Of a stretch of DNA of 34,351 nt, positions 9,461 to 18,667 are shown piece by piece (the first letter of the stretch is position 1; each line of letters begins with the position of its first letter). Position numbers and translations under genes: made by a program. Source of the DNA: Thermodesulfobacteriota bacterium (GTDB lineage: Bacteria > Desulfobacterota > Desulfobacteria > Desulfobacterales > UBA2156). Location of the stretch: positions 1 through 34,351 of the forward strand of contig JBFMEI010000001.1 of NCBI GenBank assembly GCA_040753295.1. The letters are read 5' to 3'. The notes beneath the pieces were generated by a model, which had not been told where the DNA came from, did no database searches, and was given only the letters and a program-made list of their open reading frames with translations.

Positions 9461-10006
9461 ATGGAACGATGCAGAATGGTTTTTTCAGGATCAGGCGGTC
9501 AGGGGGTCGTGACGGCAGCCATCATCCTTGCGGAAGCAGCGGTCCTTTACGAGGACCTCACGGCGGTACAATCCCAATCCTACGGACCCGAAGCCAGGGG
9601 AGGCGCAACCCGATCCGATGTGATCATCTGGGATACTGAAATTTTTTTCCCGAAAGTCATTGAACCCAATGTTCTGGTCTGTTTGACCCAGGAGGCCTAC
9701 AATCGCTTTTACTCCATTATCCGGCCCGGCGGGCTTCTCATCACCGATACCCGGTATGTGAAAGTCCAAAGCAAGGTGGATGCCCAACAGAAGGAATTAC
9801 CTCTTTACCAGAGTGTTATGGAAAAGATCGGGAAACCGATTGTTTTTAATATCTGCATGCTGGGAGCTGTGGTGGGATTGACCAAAGTGGTGAAGCCGGA
9901 ATCGGTCATGAGTGTGCTGAAAGACAGAATTCCGAAAAATTTTCTGACGATCAATCGACAGGCCCTTGAATTGGGATTGAGCATGGCCGAGTCGGTTAAT
10001 ATCTGA
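9461..10006 (+). CDS. korC: 2-oxoglutarate:ferredoxin oxidoreductase gamma subunit
   Basis: FSGSGGQGVVTAAIILAEAA and SYGPEARGG signatures. Length is about 180 aa. It directly follows korB. Confidence 0.88.
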   Translation: MERCRMVFSGSGGQGVVTAAIILAEAAVLYEDLTAVQSQSYGPEARGGATRSDVIIWDTEIFFPKVIEPNVLVCLTQEAYNRFYSIIRPGGLLITDTRYVKVQSKVDAQQKELPLYQSVMEKIGKPIVFNICMLGAVVGLTKVVKPESVMSVLKDRIPKNFLTINRQALELGLSMAESVNI

Positions 10007-10011
10007 ATTCC

Positions 10012-11220
10012 TTGCCGGCGAAAATTCCAGAAGAAGCGAAATGTAAAGCGGATCCCCCTCGCCGGTCGGGAATATACATTCATGTCCCTTTCTGCCTGAA
10101 AAAATGCCGATACTGTGATTTCTATTCCATCACGGATCCGGGATTCATCGAATCATATCTGAATGCGCTTTCAATAGAGATCCGCCACCTTTCAGGATCG
10201 ACTCCGGCCCCTGTGGATTCCATCTATTTCGGAGGCGGAACTCCTTCGCTATTAACCCCCGGGCAGATCGGCCGAATCATCGGAGAATGCAAATCCGCGT
10301 TTGATATTCTCCCGGATTCTGAAATAACCCTGGAAATGAATCCAAAGACGGCGGATGAAGGAGTTCTGACGGAATATCGGGCTTCAGGAATCAACCGAAT
10401 CAACATCGGGGTTCAATCTCTGGAAGCGTGGGAGCTCGAATTTCTGGGACGCATCCATGCTCCTTCGGATGCAGAGGATGCGATTCAATGGGTGAAGGTT
10501 GCCGTATTCGACAATTATGGGGTTGACTTAATTTATGGAATACCGGGCCAGACGGTTGAGTCCTGGACGGCGATTCTAAGGAGAATCGTCGAGTTTTCAC
10601 CCAATCACATTTCCTGCTACATGCTCACCTATGAGCCCGGGACCCCCCTGGATCTGGATTTAAGGTCAAAAAAGATCCGCAAGATGTCTGAAGAACTGGC
10701 GGCGCACCTTTTTCTCACAACAGATTCAATCCTGGAAGAATATGGTTACGATCACTATGAGATATCCAATTTCGCACAAAGAAGAGAAGGAGTGTCACCG
10801 GGCGCCCGATCTCTTCATAACCGGAAATATTGGACCTTTTCTCCATATCTGGGACTGGGTCCCGGCGCCCATTCATTTATTGGAGACACCCGGTTCTGGA
10901 ATGTGAAAGATCTGGACCGGTATATGCATCTCTTATCAAGAGGAGAGCTTCCTGTTTGCGGAAAAGAGGTTTTAAGCCGTGAGCAGCAGGCGCTTGAGAT
11001 GATCTATCTGGGACTCAGGACCCGGGAAGGGATCTCCGCGAGGATCTTTGAAGCCAAAATCGGCATTTCGTTCCATGAGACGTTTTCAGAAATCATTCAA
11101 CATCTTTTGGATGAAAAAATGATAATCGAAACTCCGGAATCCTGCGCCCTCTCGCCTAAAGGGATGCTTTTCCATGAAAGCATTTCCCGGCGATTTGCCG
11201 AACGCCTTCCGATATTATGA
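10012..11220 (+). CDS. hemW: Radical SAM HemN-like protein (HemW-type heme chaperone / coproporphyrinogen III oxidase family)
   Basis: IYIHVPFCLKKCRYCDF (CxxxCxxC radical SAM), YFGGGTPS and a HemN C-terminal region. TTG start lies 5 nt after the korC stop, with no visible SD. Confidence 0.8.
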   Translation: MPAKIPEEAKCKADPPRRSGIYIHVPFCLKKCRYCDFYSITDPGFIESYLNALSIEIRHLSGSTPAPVDSIYFGGGTPSLLTPGQIGRIIGECKSAFDILPDSEITLEMNPKTADEGVLTEYRASGINRINIGVQSLEAWELEFLGRIHAPSDAEDAIQWVKVAVFDNYGVDLIYGIPGQTVESWTAILRRIVEFSPNHISCYMLTYEPGTPLDLDLRSKKIRKMSEELAAHLFLTTDSILEEYGYDHYEISNFAQRREGVSPGARSLHNRKYWTFSPYLGLGPGAHSFIGDTRFWNVKDLDRYMHLLSRGELPVCGKEVLSREQQALEMIYLGLRTREGISARIFEAKIGISFHETFSEIIQHLLDEKMIIETPESCALSPKGMLFHESISRRFAERLPIL

Positions 11221-11271
11221 AATATTGCGGATCCCGGCCTGACCGGAATAAAGACCGATCCTGGTGATGCA

Positions 11272-12387
11272 TCAGGTCGATAATGCTTTGATCAGAACTC
11301 CAAGGTAAAACCGTGCGTGGCTGATGGGAGCTGCCATATTGGCACGATGGTTTGCGAAAATACTGCTTAAATCACTGTTGGTGACAATCCAGGGGCTGAT
11401 TTTTGTGGCGATCCGGCATGACTCGATGGCATGGTGAAGGACTTCCATCCCTTTTCTGGATTCGACGATCTCATCGAAGTCCTGTTGCAACGCTTCGAGG
11501 ATGGTCAACATAGCGGAAGCGACGCCCTTGGCATAAAAAAAGTATTCATCCGCCATGAAAAAGCTGACGGGCTGCCCGTCTTTTTCCCTTTGTTTGACCA
11601 GATTTTCGTCGCAGCTTCCCAGAAGATCCTCATAGGCAATGAGGAGTGGAATCAGGTTGTCGGTCCGCGTGTAGAAGGCTGCCTGCCTTTTTTCGAGTTT
11701 GGTGTAGTAGATTCGAAATTCTTCAAGGCCCATTTTGTATTTGGATTCCGCAGATGGAAACCAGTATTTGGTGGGCTTGATCATGAACCAGTTCATGGCG
11801 TTTTCCAGGTTTTTATCAAAGGCTTCCGTACTTCCGGTCCGGGAAATCCGTTCGGCCAGAATCACGGCGCTGCGGCGGGTGACTTCAAGAACTCCGAGCT
11901 GAAATGAATTGACATTATCCGTGAACCGGATGAGGTCGTTGGGTCTCCATCCCCAAAACCGTTCTTTAATTTCGTATTCGAGGGGCTTGATCAGGGAGTC
12001 GACAAAGGCCATTCCAGTGGCTGGAAATCGCTTTATCGGAGTATGGGAGGTCTCGTTTGCTTTGGGTGCGGATTTTTCCGGAGCCGGAGGAGATATCGGA
12101 TGGGGAGCCGGAAGGGCTGAATCTTGATGAGTCGATTGATCCGGGGATGGTGTATGAACCGAATCATCCCGGGTACCCGGATCATGGGAAGGGATCGATT
12201 CTTCACTTTTGACGACTTCCTTATGGGCTTCGGTTTTCGGTTTTTTAAATGCACCGATCACCGAAATCACGACCCAGAGTACGGCGATGGTAATCATTGT
12301 ACCCACAATAACACGTCTGGTAAGAAATCGTCTGAAATTTATCCGGCCGACGCCTTCGTTCTTTTCATTTTCCATGTCTTGCGCCAT
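11272..12387 (-). CDS. Membrane-anchored uncharacterised protein, DUF2333-like
   Basis: One N-terminal TM (VIVGTMITIAVLWVVISVIGAF), a Pro/Ser/His-rich linker, then a globular domain with WGWRPNDL...DNVNSFQLGVLE...ANHRANM. This resembles DUF2333 from memory. It starts 18 nt after the selB stop. Confidence 0.6.
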   Translation of the reverse strand: MAQDMENEKNEGVGRINFRRFLTRRVIVGTMITIAVLWVVISVIGAFKKPKTEAHKEVVKSEESIPSHDPGTRDDSVHTPSPDQSTHQDSALPAPHPISPPAPEKSAPKANETSHTPIKRFPATGMAFVDSLIKPLEYEIKERFWGWRPNDLIRFTDNVNSFQLGVLEVTRRSAVILAERISRTGSTEAFDKNLENAMNWFMIKPTKYWFPSAESKYKMGLEEFRIYYTKLEKRQAAFYTRTDNLIPLLIAYEDLLGSCDENLVKQREKDGQPVSFFMADEYFFYAKGVASAMLTILEALQQDFDEIVESRKGMEVLHHAIESCRIATKISPWIVTNSDLSSIFANHRANMAAPISHARFYLGVLIKALST

Positions 12388-12405
12388 TGTTGTCGTCTTT
12401 CTGTT

Positions 12406-14325
12406 CTAAGTGTTTATCCTTGTTCTAAGCTTTCGAACATCTCCTACCCGGATGGTAATATTTTTTGAGTCGAAATACTCGATAAGAGGGATGACATATT
12501 TTCTTGAAACGCCGGCCATTTCTTTCAATTCCGGGGTGCCGATCTGTCCGTGGGATTCAATGAAACCCACGAGTCTTTTTTTAAAATCATTAACGGCACC
12601 TGAGTAAAAAAAAAGATCTTCTTTGACTTTGATGAGCTCTCCTTCATCCACCAGAACCATCAGGACGTCCGATCCCTGTTTCAGATCAAGATTCATTTCT
12701 TTGACGAGCTCTTTAAAATACGGCGGGCTTAACGCACTTTTTCGATACGTATCAAGAATCATTTGTTTCAGATCCGTCTGATCCCGCCCAAGGGAGACGA
12801 TATGGGATGCGGTTCGAATCGTCTGTTCTTCCTGAAAAATCGTTTTTTCAAGGAGCATTTGGGAAATCGCAAGATTGAAGACTTTCACTTCAAGGGTTTG
12901 AGGAAATCGGGATCTGAGCTCTTCCTTGGACATCCCGGTTTTTAACGGAAAAAGGGTGTGATACTCATTTAAATATCGGGTGACTTCCTCTTTAAGCATG
13001 GTCAGGGCCATGAAATGGATGTAGGTGCGGTTTTCCCTGTCGAATAGCAGAACATGCTTTTTTGAAAGAAACCCCGCGAGGATGGTTTCGAGATTTTTTT
13101 CCCGCACATTGGTCATGATCAGAAGGTCTGAAAAGGAGATTCCGCCATACCCGGACTGACGGATATGGAAAAGGACGACCTCTTCAGGAGTATCCTTTGC
13201 AATATGGGTGAGTCCCTGAACGATATCGGTTCTGAATCGTTTATGTTTGGGCGGAATGGGATTGAGCACATGGCCTCCACCGATGGTTCGCACAGGGGAA
13301 TAGCTGCGGATGACAAAGCGATCCTCTTTTACGGCAACAATCGGGGTATCTAAGCGGATCTGGGCAAATGCCGATTCTCCGGGCAAGAGTTGATCGGTTT
13401 CGAGGAGGACAAGGTTTCCCAGAATCTCGCTGGTTCCGGCATGAAACCGGATTCGGGTTCGATTTTTAACAGGTTTTGTATTGCTGCCAAGGTACTGGAA
13501 CATGACATCGAGCATGTAAGTCGGCTTCAAAGTCTCGGGGCGTGCAATGACATCCCCCCGGTTGATCACGGTTTTTTCCACACCTTGTATGTTGATTGCG
13601 GTACGCATCCCGGCCTCCGCTTTTTCAACAAACTGGTTGTGAACCTGAATTCCCCGGACCTTTGAGGCAATTCCGGTCGGGTAAATCATGATCGGCTCTC
13701 CCACGTTCACTTTCCCGGAAATGAGTGTTCCGGTGATTACCGTGCCGAATCCTTTCATTGAAAATACTCGATCGATGGGGATCCGCAGCAGGGTCGAGGG
13801 AGGGCGGATCTCCATTTTTGCGCTCAATTCACCCAGGGTTTTGATCAGCTCAGGAAGCCCCTCACCGGTTGCGGAAGAGACCGGGACGATCGGCGCATTT
13901 TCCAGAAATGTGCCCCGTGAAAACTCGCGGATTTCTTCTTTGACAAGATCCAGCCAATCCGAATCCACCAGATCGGTTTTGGTGAGAACAACAACCCCTT
14001 GCCTGATCCCCAGAAGCGAGCAGATTTCCATATGTTCTGTGGTTTGAGGCATGATTCCTTCATCAGCGGCAATGACCATAGCCACCATGTCGATCCCTGT
14101 GGCTCCGGCGACCATATTTTTAACAAATTTTTCATGTCCCGGGACATCGACGATTCCCAGATGGTCACCTGAGGGCAGATCCAGATGGGCAAACCCCAGC
14201 TCAATGGTGATCCCGCGCTCTTTTTCCTCTTTAAGACGGTCCGTATCGATTCCGGTAATCGATTTGATCAGGCTGGTCTTTCCATGATCAATATGACCTG
14301 CAGTTCCAAGGATGACCTGTTTCAA
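12406..14325 (-). CDS. selB: Selenocysteine-specific translation elongation factor SelB
   Basis: N-terminal GTPase [21 protein letters not shown] and TKTDL, plus a long C-terminal winged-helix extension typical of bacterial SelB (639 aa). TTG start lies 10 nt after AAGGAG. Confidence 0.92.
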   Translation of the reverse strand: MKQVILGTAGHIDHGKTSLIKSITGIDTDRLKEEKERGITIELGFAHLDLPSGDHLGIVDVPGHEKFVKNMVAGATGIDMVAMVIAADEGIMPQTTEHMEICSLLGIRQGVVVLTKTDLVDSDWLDLVKEEIREFSRGTFLENAPIVPVSSATGEGLPELIKTLGELSAKMEIRPPSTLLRIPIDRVFSMKGFGTVITGTLISGKVNVGEPIMIYPTGIASKVRGIQVHNQFVEKAEAGMRTAINIQGVEKTVINRGDVIARPETLKPTYMLDVMFQYLGSNTKPVKNRTRIRFHAGTSEILGNLVLLETDQLLPGESAFAQIRLDTPIVAVKEDRFVIRSYSPVRTIGGGHVLNPIPPKHKRFRTDIVQGLTHIAKDTPEEVVLFHIRQSGYGGISFSDLLIMTNVREKNLETILAGFLSKKHVLLFDRENRTYIHFMALTMLKEEVTRYLNEYHTLFPLKTGMSKEELRSRFPQTLEVKVFNLAISQMLLEKTIFQEEQTIRTASHIVSLGRDQTDLKQMILDTYRKSALSPPYFKELVKEMNLDLKQGSDVLMVLVDEGELIKVKEDLFFYSGAVNDFKKRLVGFIESHGQIGTPELKEMAGVSRKYVIPLIEYFDSKNITIRVGDVRKLRTRINT

Positions 14326-14383
14326 ATAAGAGGGACTCCTTTGTCCTTTGTTTCATCCGATGATCAAGGATGGCATCGGTATT

Positions 14384-14560
14384 TCATTTATCCTTTTTCC
14401 GGTTCCTGAAATACTCCGTCACATAAGCCATTCCAGTCAGAAAGATGGCGAGACCTCCGATGAAAACAGGATCGGTTTTCCCAAAAAACATTCGGGTGAG
14501 CACCACAGCGAAAACAATTCCCAAAACAGCACGAATGGTAAAAATATGGAATCGGTTCAA
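14384..14560 (-). CDS. Small (58 aa) two-TM membrane protein, not in ORF track
   Basis: Read by hand: (M)NRFHIFTIRAVLGIVFAVVLTRMFFGKTDPVFIGGLAIFLTGMAYVTEYFRNRKKDK. It shows two hydrophobic helices and a basic tail. Its TTG start overlaps the upstream ORF's TGA (TTGA), suggesting translational coupling. Confidence 0.4.
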   Translation of the reverse strand: MNRFHIFTIRAVLGIVFAVVLTRMFFGKTDPVFIGGLAIFLTGMAYVTEYFRNRKKDK

Positions 14561-14784
14561 CGGATCTCTCTTTTCAAAAGTGAAGTATCACCTAAATACC
14601 GTTCTTGATAGGTGCCATCAACTCTGATGCGGCATATGGGATTTTTAGCGCACCAGGCCGGAAGGGTCAATACCTTGTTTGTTTTCCCATCAGGCATTTC
14701 CATCTCCCGGCGTTGAAATCGGACATCGATGAAGCGCTCCTGATAGGCGCTCCTGATATTGACTTTGAAAACTTCTTTTGGCAT
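14557..14784 (-). CDS. Small (75 aa) hypothetical protein
   Basis: ATG is preceded by GGAGAA (GGAGAATAATG) inside the track's 89-aa ORF. Sequence MPKEVFKVNIRSAYQERF...GTYQERYLG contains an internal YQER(F/Y) repeat. No family recognised. Confidence 0.4.
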   Translation of the reverse strand: MPKEVFKVNIRSAYQERFIDVRFQRREMEMPDGKTNKVLTLPAWCAKNPICRIRVDGTYQERYLGDTSLLKREIR

Positions 14785-14898
14785 TATTCTCCGGTTTACC
14801 GGGGAATTCATACCTGAATCGTGCAAAATTCAGGTGATAACAGGATTTTTTCCTGACCCAGGGCTATTACGGAAAAGTTCGAAAGAAAAGGAGCAGGA

Positions 14899-15645
14899 AT
14901 GGCGCGAGTGGGGATTATCGGCGGATCCGGACTTGATGATCCGGATCTTTTTAAGAGGAATAAAGAATTGGAAATGAAAACTCCTTTCGGGAAACCCACC
15001 TCATTGCTTTCCTTCGGGGATATCGGTTCAAACGAGGTGGTCCTGATCGCAAGACATGGAAGGCAGCATCAATTCAGCCCCACTGAGGTGAACTTCAGAG
15101 CGAACATCTGGGCTTTGAAGGAGACCGGAGTCACCCATATTATCGCGACCACCGCATGCGGCAGCCTTAAAGAAGAGATCCAACGCGGGGATTTTGTCGT
15201 TGTTGATCAGTTCATTGATTTTACAAAGTACCGGAAATCAACGTTTTTTGAATCCTTTAAGGATGGAGCGCATCACACGGCCATGTCAGATCCGTTTGAT
15301 CCCGGCTTGCGGAAGATCCTCTATGAAACGTCAAAGGAGCTTGGCTATAAAACCCATTGGGGCGGCACTGTAGTCACCATAGAAGGTCCGCGCTTTTCGA
15401 CACGTGCCGAGTCCGGAATGTTTCGAATATGGGGAGGGGATGTCATTAATATGTCCGTCGCTTCAGAGGCGATTTTGGCGAATGAAGTCAAGATCCCCTA
15501 TGCGGCTGTGGCCATGTCAACCGACTACGACTGCTGGAAGGAAGATGAAGATCCGGTTTCCTGGGAGGAAATCGTAAGGGTATTTCATCAGAATGCAGAA
15601 CAGGTGACAAGGCTGTTGATCCATACCATAACCAAAATCAAATGA
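14899..15645 (+). CDS. mtnP: S-methyl-5'-thioadenosine phosphorylase
   Basis: VGIIGGSGL...TPFGKPS-like...LARHGR.H...P.EVNFRANIWALK...TTACGSL pattern of MTAP. RBS AAAGGAG lies upstream. Confidence 0.88.
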   Translation: MARVGIIGGSGLDDPDLFKRNKELEMKTPFGKPTSLLSFGDIGSNEVVLIARHGRQHQFSPTEVNFRANIWALKETGVTHIIATTACGSLKEEIQRGDFVVVDQFIDFTKYRKSTFFESFKDGAHHTAMSDPFDPGLRKILYETSKELGYKTHWGGTVVTIEGPRFSTRAESGMFRIWGGDVINMSVASEAILANEVKIPYAAVAMSTDYDCWKEDEDPVSWEEIVRVFHQNAEQVTRLLIHTITKIK

Positions 15646-15654
15646 GGGGTTTTC

Positions 15655-16176
15655 ATGAACTTAAAGGACGCGATTCGGACGGTTCCCCATTGGCCTATCG
15701 AAGGGGTAATGTTCAGGGACATCACCACCCTGCTTCAGAATCCTGCTTCATTCAAGGCGGCGTGCGATCAATTCTATAAACGCTATAAAACCATGAAGAT
15801 CGACAAGGTGGTGGGGATCGACGCGAGAGGGTTTATTTTTGGAGCAGTGCTGGCGTATAAGCTCAATGTCGGGTTTGTCCCCATCCGGAAGAAAGGGAAG
15901 CTTCCTTATAAAACCGTGAGTGCGGAATACACCCTCGAATATGGAACCGCCATCGTGGAAATCCATGAAGACGCCATTCAACAAGGAGACCGGGTGCTCA
16001 TCGTCGACGACCTGATCGCCACCGGTGGAACCATTTCTGCAGCTACAAAACTGGTTGAGAAGCTCGGCGGCGAAGTGGTGGAATGCGCGTTCCTGATCGG
16101 GCTTCCGGAGTTAAAGGGGTGGGAGGCGATCCGGGGATATAAAACCTTTACCCTGACCGAATTTGAAGGGGAATAG
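15655..16176 (+). CDS. apt: Adenine phosphoribosyltransferase
   Basis: [18 protein letters not shown] and the PRPP motif [13 protein letters not shown]. Length is 173 aa. Confidence 0.93.
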   Translation: MNLKDAIRTVPHWPIEGVMFRDITTLLQNPASFKAACDQFYKRYKTMKIDKVVGIDARGFIFGAVLAYKLNVGFVPIRKKGKLPYKTVSAEYTLEYGTAIVEIHEDAIQQGDRVLIVDDLIATGGTISAATKLVEKLGGEVVECAFLIGLPELKGWEAIRGYKTFTLTEFEGE

Positions 16177-16188
16177 ATAAGGAGACCG

Positions 16189-17538
16189 TTATTTTCCGTA
16201 GGATTGAGAATAGGGGCCGGATCTGCGAATCGCATCCCCGAGGGTAGTCATTTCATCCAAGATATCATTCATATCCGTTGTCATGAGGATTCCGTCTCGA
16301 ACAATCTCTCTCCCGGCGATGATGACGTGGCGGACATCAGATCCCTGTGCGGCATAGACAATCGAAGAGTAAGGGCTGTAAAGCGGAACGAGCCGGGGAG
16401 ATCGGGAATTTAAGACAATCAGATCCGCTTCTTTTCCGGGTTCCAGGGAGCCGATTCGATCTTCTAATCCGACGGTCCTGGCGCCGTTTATGGTTGCCAT
16501 GCGGACCACGGTTTCAGCATCCATAAGGGTTGGATCTTTCCCGGCGACTTTGTGGAGCTTTGCCGCCGTATCCATTTCGGAAAACAGATCCAGATTGTTG
16601 TTACTGGCACTTCCATCGGTTCCGATCCCGACAGATACGCCGGCCTTGATGAGTTCAGGGATCGGAGCGATTCCTGACCCGAGCTTCATATTGCTCTCCG
16701 GATTGTGAGAAACCCTGGATCCTTTTGCTGCAAGAAGTGCAATCTCTTCTTTATCCATCCATATGGCATGCACAAGAAGGGTATAATCGTCCAGAAGATC
16801 AAGGCTGTCCAGATATCGGACAGGTGTCGTCTGGTGCAAAGTGTTGATGATATCCCATTCCCTTTTGGATTCCGCCGCATGAATCTGGAAGAGGATGCCA
16901 TGATCTTTTGCAGCCGATTTTGCAGAAGTCAAAGTATGTGAAGAACAGGTATAGGGGGAGTGGCAAAAAATGGATGGTGTGATGGGTGGGTACCGATCCT
17001 TCCATTTTGTCACAAAGGATAGCGCGTTGTGAAGATTGGTCTCAGGATCCGGGACGCCGGGGGCCGGAAAATCGATGATTCCATGTCCTAAAACAGCGCG
17101 AAGTCCGGTTTCAACAACCGCTTCAGCCACACTATCTTCATAGAAGTATCCATCGCAGCAGGTTGTGGTGCCGGATAAAAGCATCTCACTGCAGGACAAG
17201 AGGGTCCCGAGTCTCACGGTTTCAGGCCGGATGTGGATTTTTTCGGCAGGAAAGATGTGGGAGTTCAGCCAGGTATCCAGGGGGAGATCATCTGCAAGCC
17301 CACGGAAAATAGACATGGGGAGGTGAGTATGGGTATTCACCAGGCCGGGCATGATAATTCCGCCATGGGCGTTAATGACTCGTTTTGGAGCTATTTTTGG
17401 AAGCTCGGATTCTTTCCCCACGAATCGGATTACAGATTCGGATATCCCCACGGCGCCGTTCCGGATCAGGGTCATCCGGCTGTCCATGGTGAGGAGAATT
17501 CCATTGGTGACGACAAGATCAAAGGAATTTTCATTCAT
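16189..17538 (-). CDS. mtaD: Amidohydrolase, 5'-methylthioadenosine/S-adenosylhomocysteine deaminase type
   Basis: PGLVNTHTHLPMS metal motif and later HAAES / GTDG motifs. Length is 449 aa. The start lies 4 nt after the pnp stop. Confidence 0.8.
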   Translation of the reverse strand: MNENSFDLVVTNGILLTMDSRMTLIRNGAVGISESVIRFVGKESELPKIAPKRVINAHGGIIMPGLVNTHTHLPMSIFRGLADDLPLDTWLNSHIFPAEKIHIRPETVRLGTLLSCSEMLLSGTTTCCDGYFYEDSVAEAVVETGLRAVLGHGIIDFPAPGVPDPETNLHNALSFVTKWKDRYPPITPSIFCHSPYTCSSHTLTSAKSAAKDHGILFQIHAAESKREWDIINTLHQTTPVRYLDSLDLLDDYTLLVHAIWMDKEEIALLAAKGSRVSHNPESNMKLGSGIAPIPELIKAGVSVGIGTDGSASNNNLDLFSEMDTAAKLHKVAGKDPTLMDAETVVRMATINGARTVGLEDRIGSLEPGKEADLIVLNSRSPRLVPLYSPYSSIVYAAQGSDVRHVIIAGREIVRDGILMTTDMNDILDEMTTLGDAIRRSGPYSQSYGK

Positions 17539-17542
17539 CGCA

Positions 17543-18382
17543 TCATCCTGAATCCGAAGTCAGCAATAGATGTCGAATGATTTCCCCCAGGCGGGGTGCG
17601 CTTTTTTTTGCAACAGAGAGCACCTGTTCCAGGGTGGTGGGTGCGGGATTCATGGGATCATGAACATTCGTGATCATGGATAACCCGAAGACAGCCATTT
17701 TGGCATGAACGGCAGTAATGGTTTCCAGGACAGTGGAGAATCCGACAGCATCCGCACCGATAATTCTAAGATATCTGATCTCAGCCGGAGTTTCCAGGGA
17801 AGGTCCGTGAAGTCCGGCATAGATCCCCTTTACAATCTTAATCTTTGATTCTTCAGCAATTCGAAACGCGCGGCTGATAAGCTCACCATCGTAGGCGCTG
17901 CTCATATCCGGAAACCGGATGCCCCAGCGCTCCTCGTTTGGGCCGATGAGGGGATTGGCACCCGTAAGATTAAGATGATCCGCAATCACCATCAAATCTC
18001 CGGGCCGGAATTTCGGATTTAATCCTCCGGCGGCATTGGACAGTATCAGGGTTCGAACTCCGAGTTCCTGCATCACCCGGATGGGAAAAGCGACTTCCCG
18101 GGGCGAATATCCTTCGTAAAGATGCAGCCGCCCTTGCATGGCGATGATGGTTTTGTTCCTGATCCGGCCGGTAATGACATTTCCAAAATGTCCCCCTGAG
18201 GAGGAAACCGGGAAATGCGGGATCTTTTGATAATCGATAACCGCCGAAGGTTCGAAGATCCGGGCACAATCTTCAAGCCCTGTTCCGGTGACCAGTCCAA
18301 ACGCCGGATCTTTCCGAATCCGATCCCGGATAAATCCGGCTGCTTCAGAAACCTTGAGCATATATGTATTGTCTTGATTCAT
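17543..18382 (-). CDS. Purine nucleoside phosphorylase, trimeric PunA/MTIP family
   Basis: GLVTGTGL, GRLHLYEGY, LSNAAGGLN and VGFSTVLE motifs of PNP family 2. Operonic with mtaD, which suggests methylthioinosine phosphorylase. Confidence 0.82.
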   Translation of the reverse strand: MNQDNTYMLKVSEAAGFIRDRIRKDPAFGLVTGTGLEDCARIFEPSAVIDYQKIPHFPVSSSGGHFGNVITGRIRNKTIIAMQGRLHLYEGYSPREVAFPIRVMQELGVRTLILSNAAGGLNPKFRPGDLMVIADHLNLTGANPLIGPNEERWGIRFPDMSSAYDGELISRAFRIAEESKIKIVKGIYAGLHGPSLETPAEIRYLRIIGADAVGFSTVLETITAVHAKMAVFGLSMITNVHDPMNPAPTTLEQVLSVAKKSAPRLGEIIRHLLLTSDSG

Positions 18383-18545
18383 CCGTGGGTTTGATGAAAC
18401 GCCGACGCAGATGAGCCTGAACCCATCTTCATGGTGAAACGCCCAATTTACCGTGAAAATAAAGTCTGCAAAAACCGATCCCCGTTGTCGCCACCATACG
18501 GTATCGACGGTTTGGGGTCAAGGGTTCCCCGTTAAAATGAATGCG

Positions 18546-18574
18546 TTGACAATCGGCGGCCCATCGTATAAAAA
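18546..18574 (+). promoter_or_regulatory. Candidate sigma70-type promoter for the nuoE-like operon
   Basis: TTGACA (18546-18551) followed by TATAAAAA, with a 15-17 nt spacer depending on the hexamer chosen. It lies about 95 nt upstream of ATG 18668. Confidence 0.4.
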
Positions 18575-18667
18575 AATCGCTTTACGTCGTCGCATATTGC
18601 ATGACGGCTCGTCAGACTTGGATTCAGGTCGGAGAATAACCTTTTAACGCTTTTTGGAGAATCGAAT

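Noticed and set aside
14348-14608. 86-aa plus-strand ORF upstream of selB.
   Set aside because: It has no RBS and its product is Ser/Asn/His-rich low complexity. The opposite strand encodes a well-formed two-TM peptide that is translationally coupled to its neighbour.
14785-14898. Possible SAM/SAH/MTA-type riboswitch in the leader of mtnP. Includes the 7-bp hairpin CCTGAAT-N8-ATTCAGG (14813-14834).
   Set aside because: I could not recognise any conserved riboswitch core sequence. The region is a short divergent promoter, and the hairpin alone is not diagnostic.
17519-17538. ATGAATGAAAATTC at the mtaD start codon, resembling the left arm of the FadR-type operator.
   Set aside because: The right arm is not conserved (TTCCTTTGAT versus TTCATTCAT). 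The match simply encodes Met-Asn-Glu-Asn, so it is likely coincidence.
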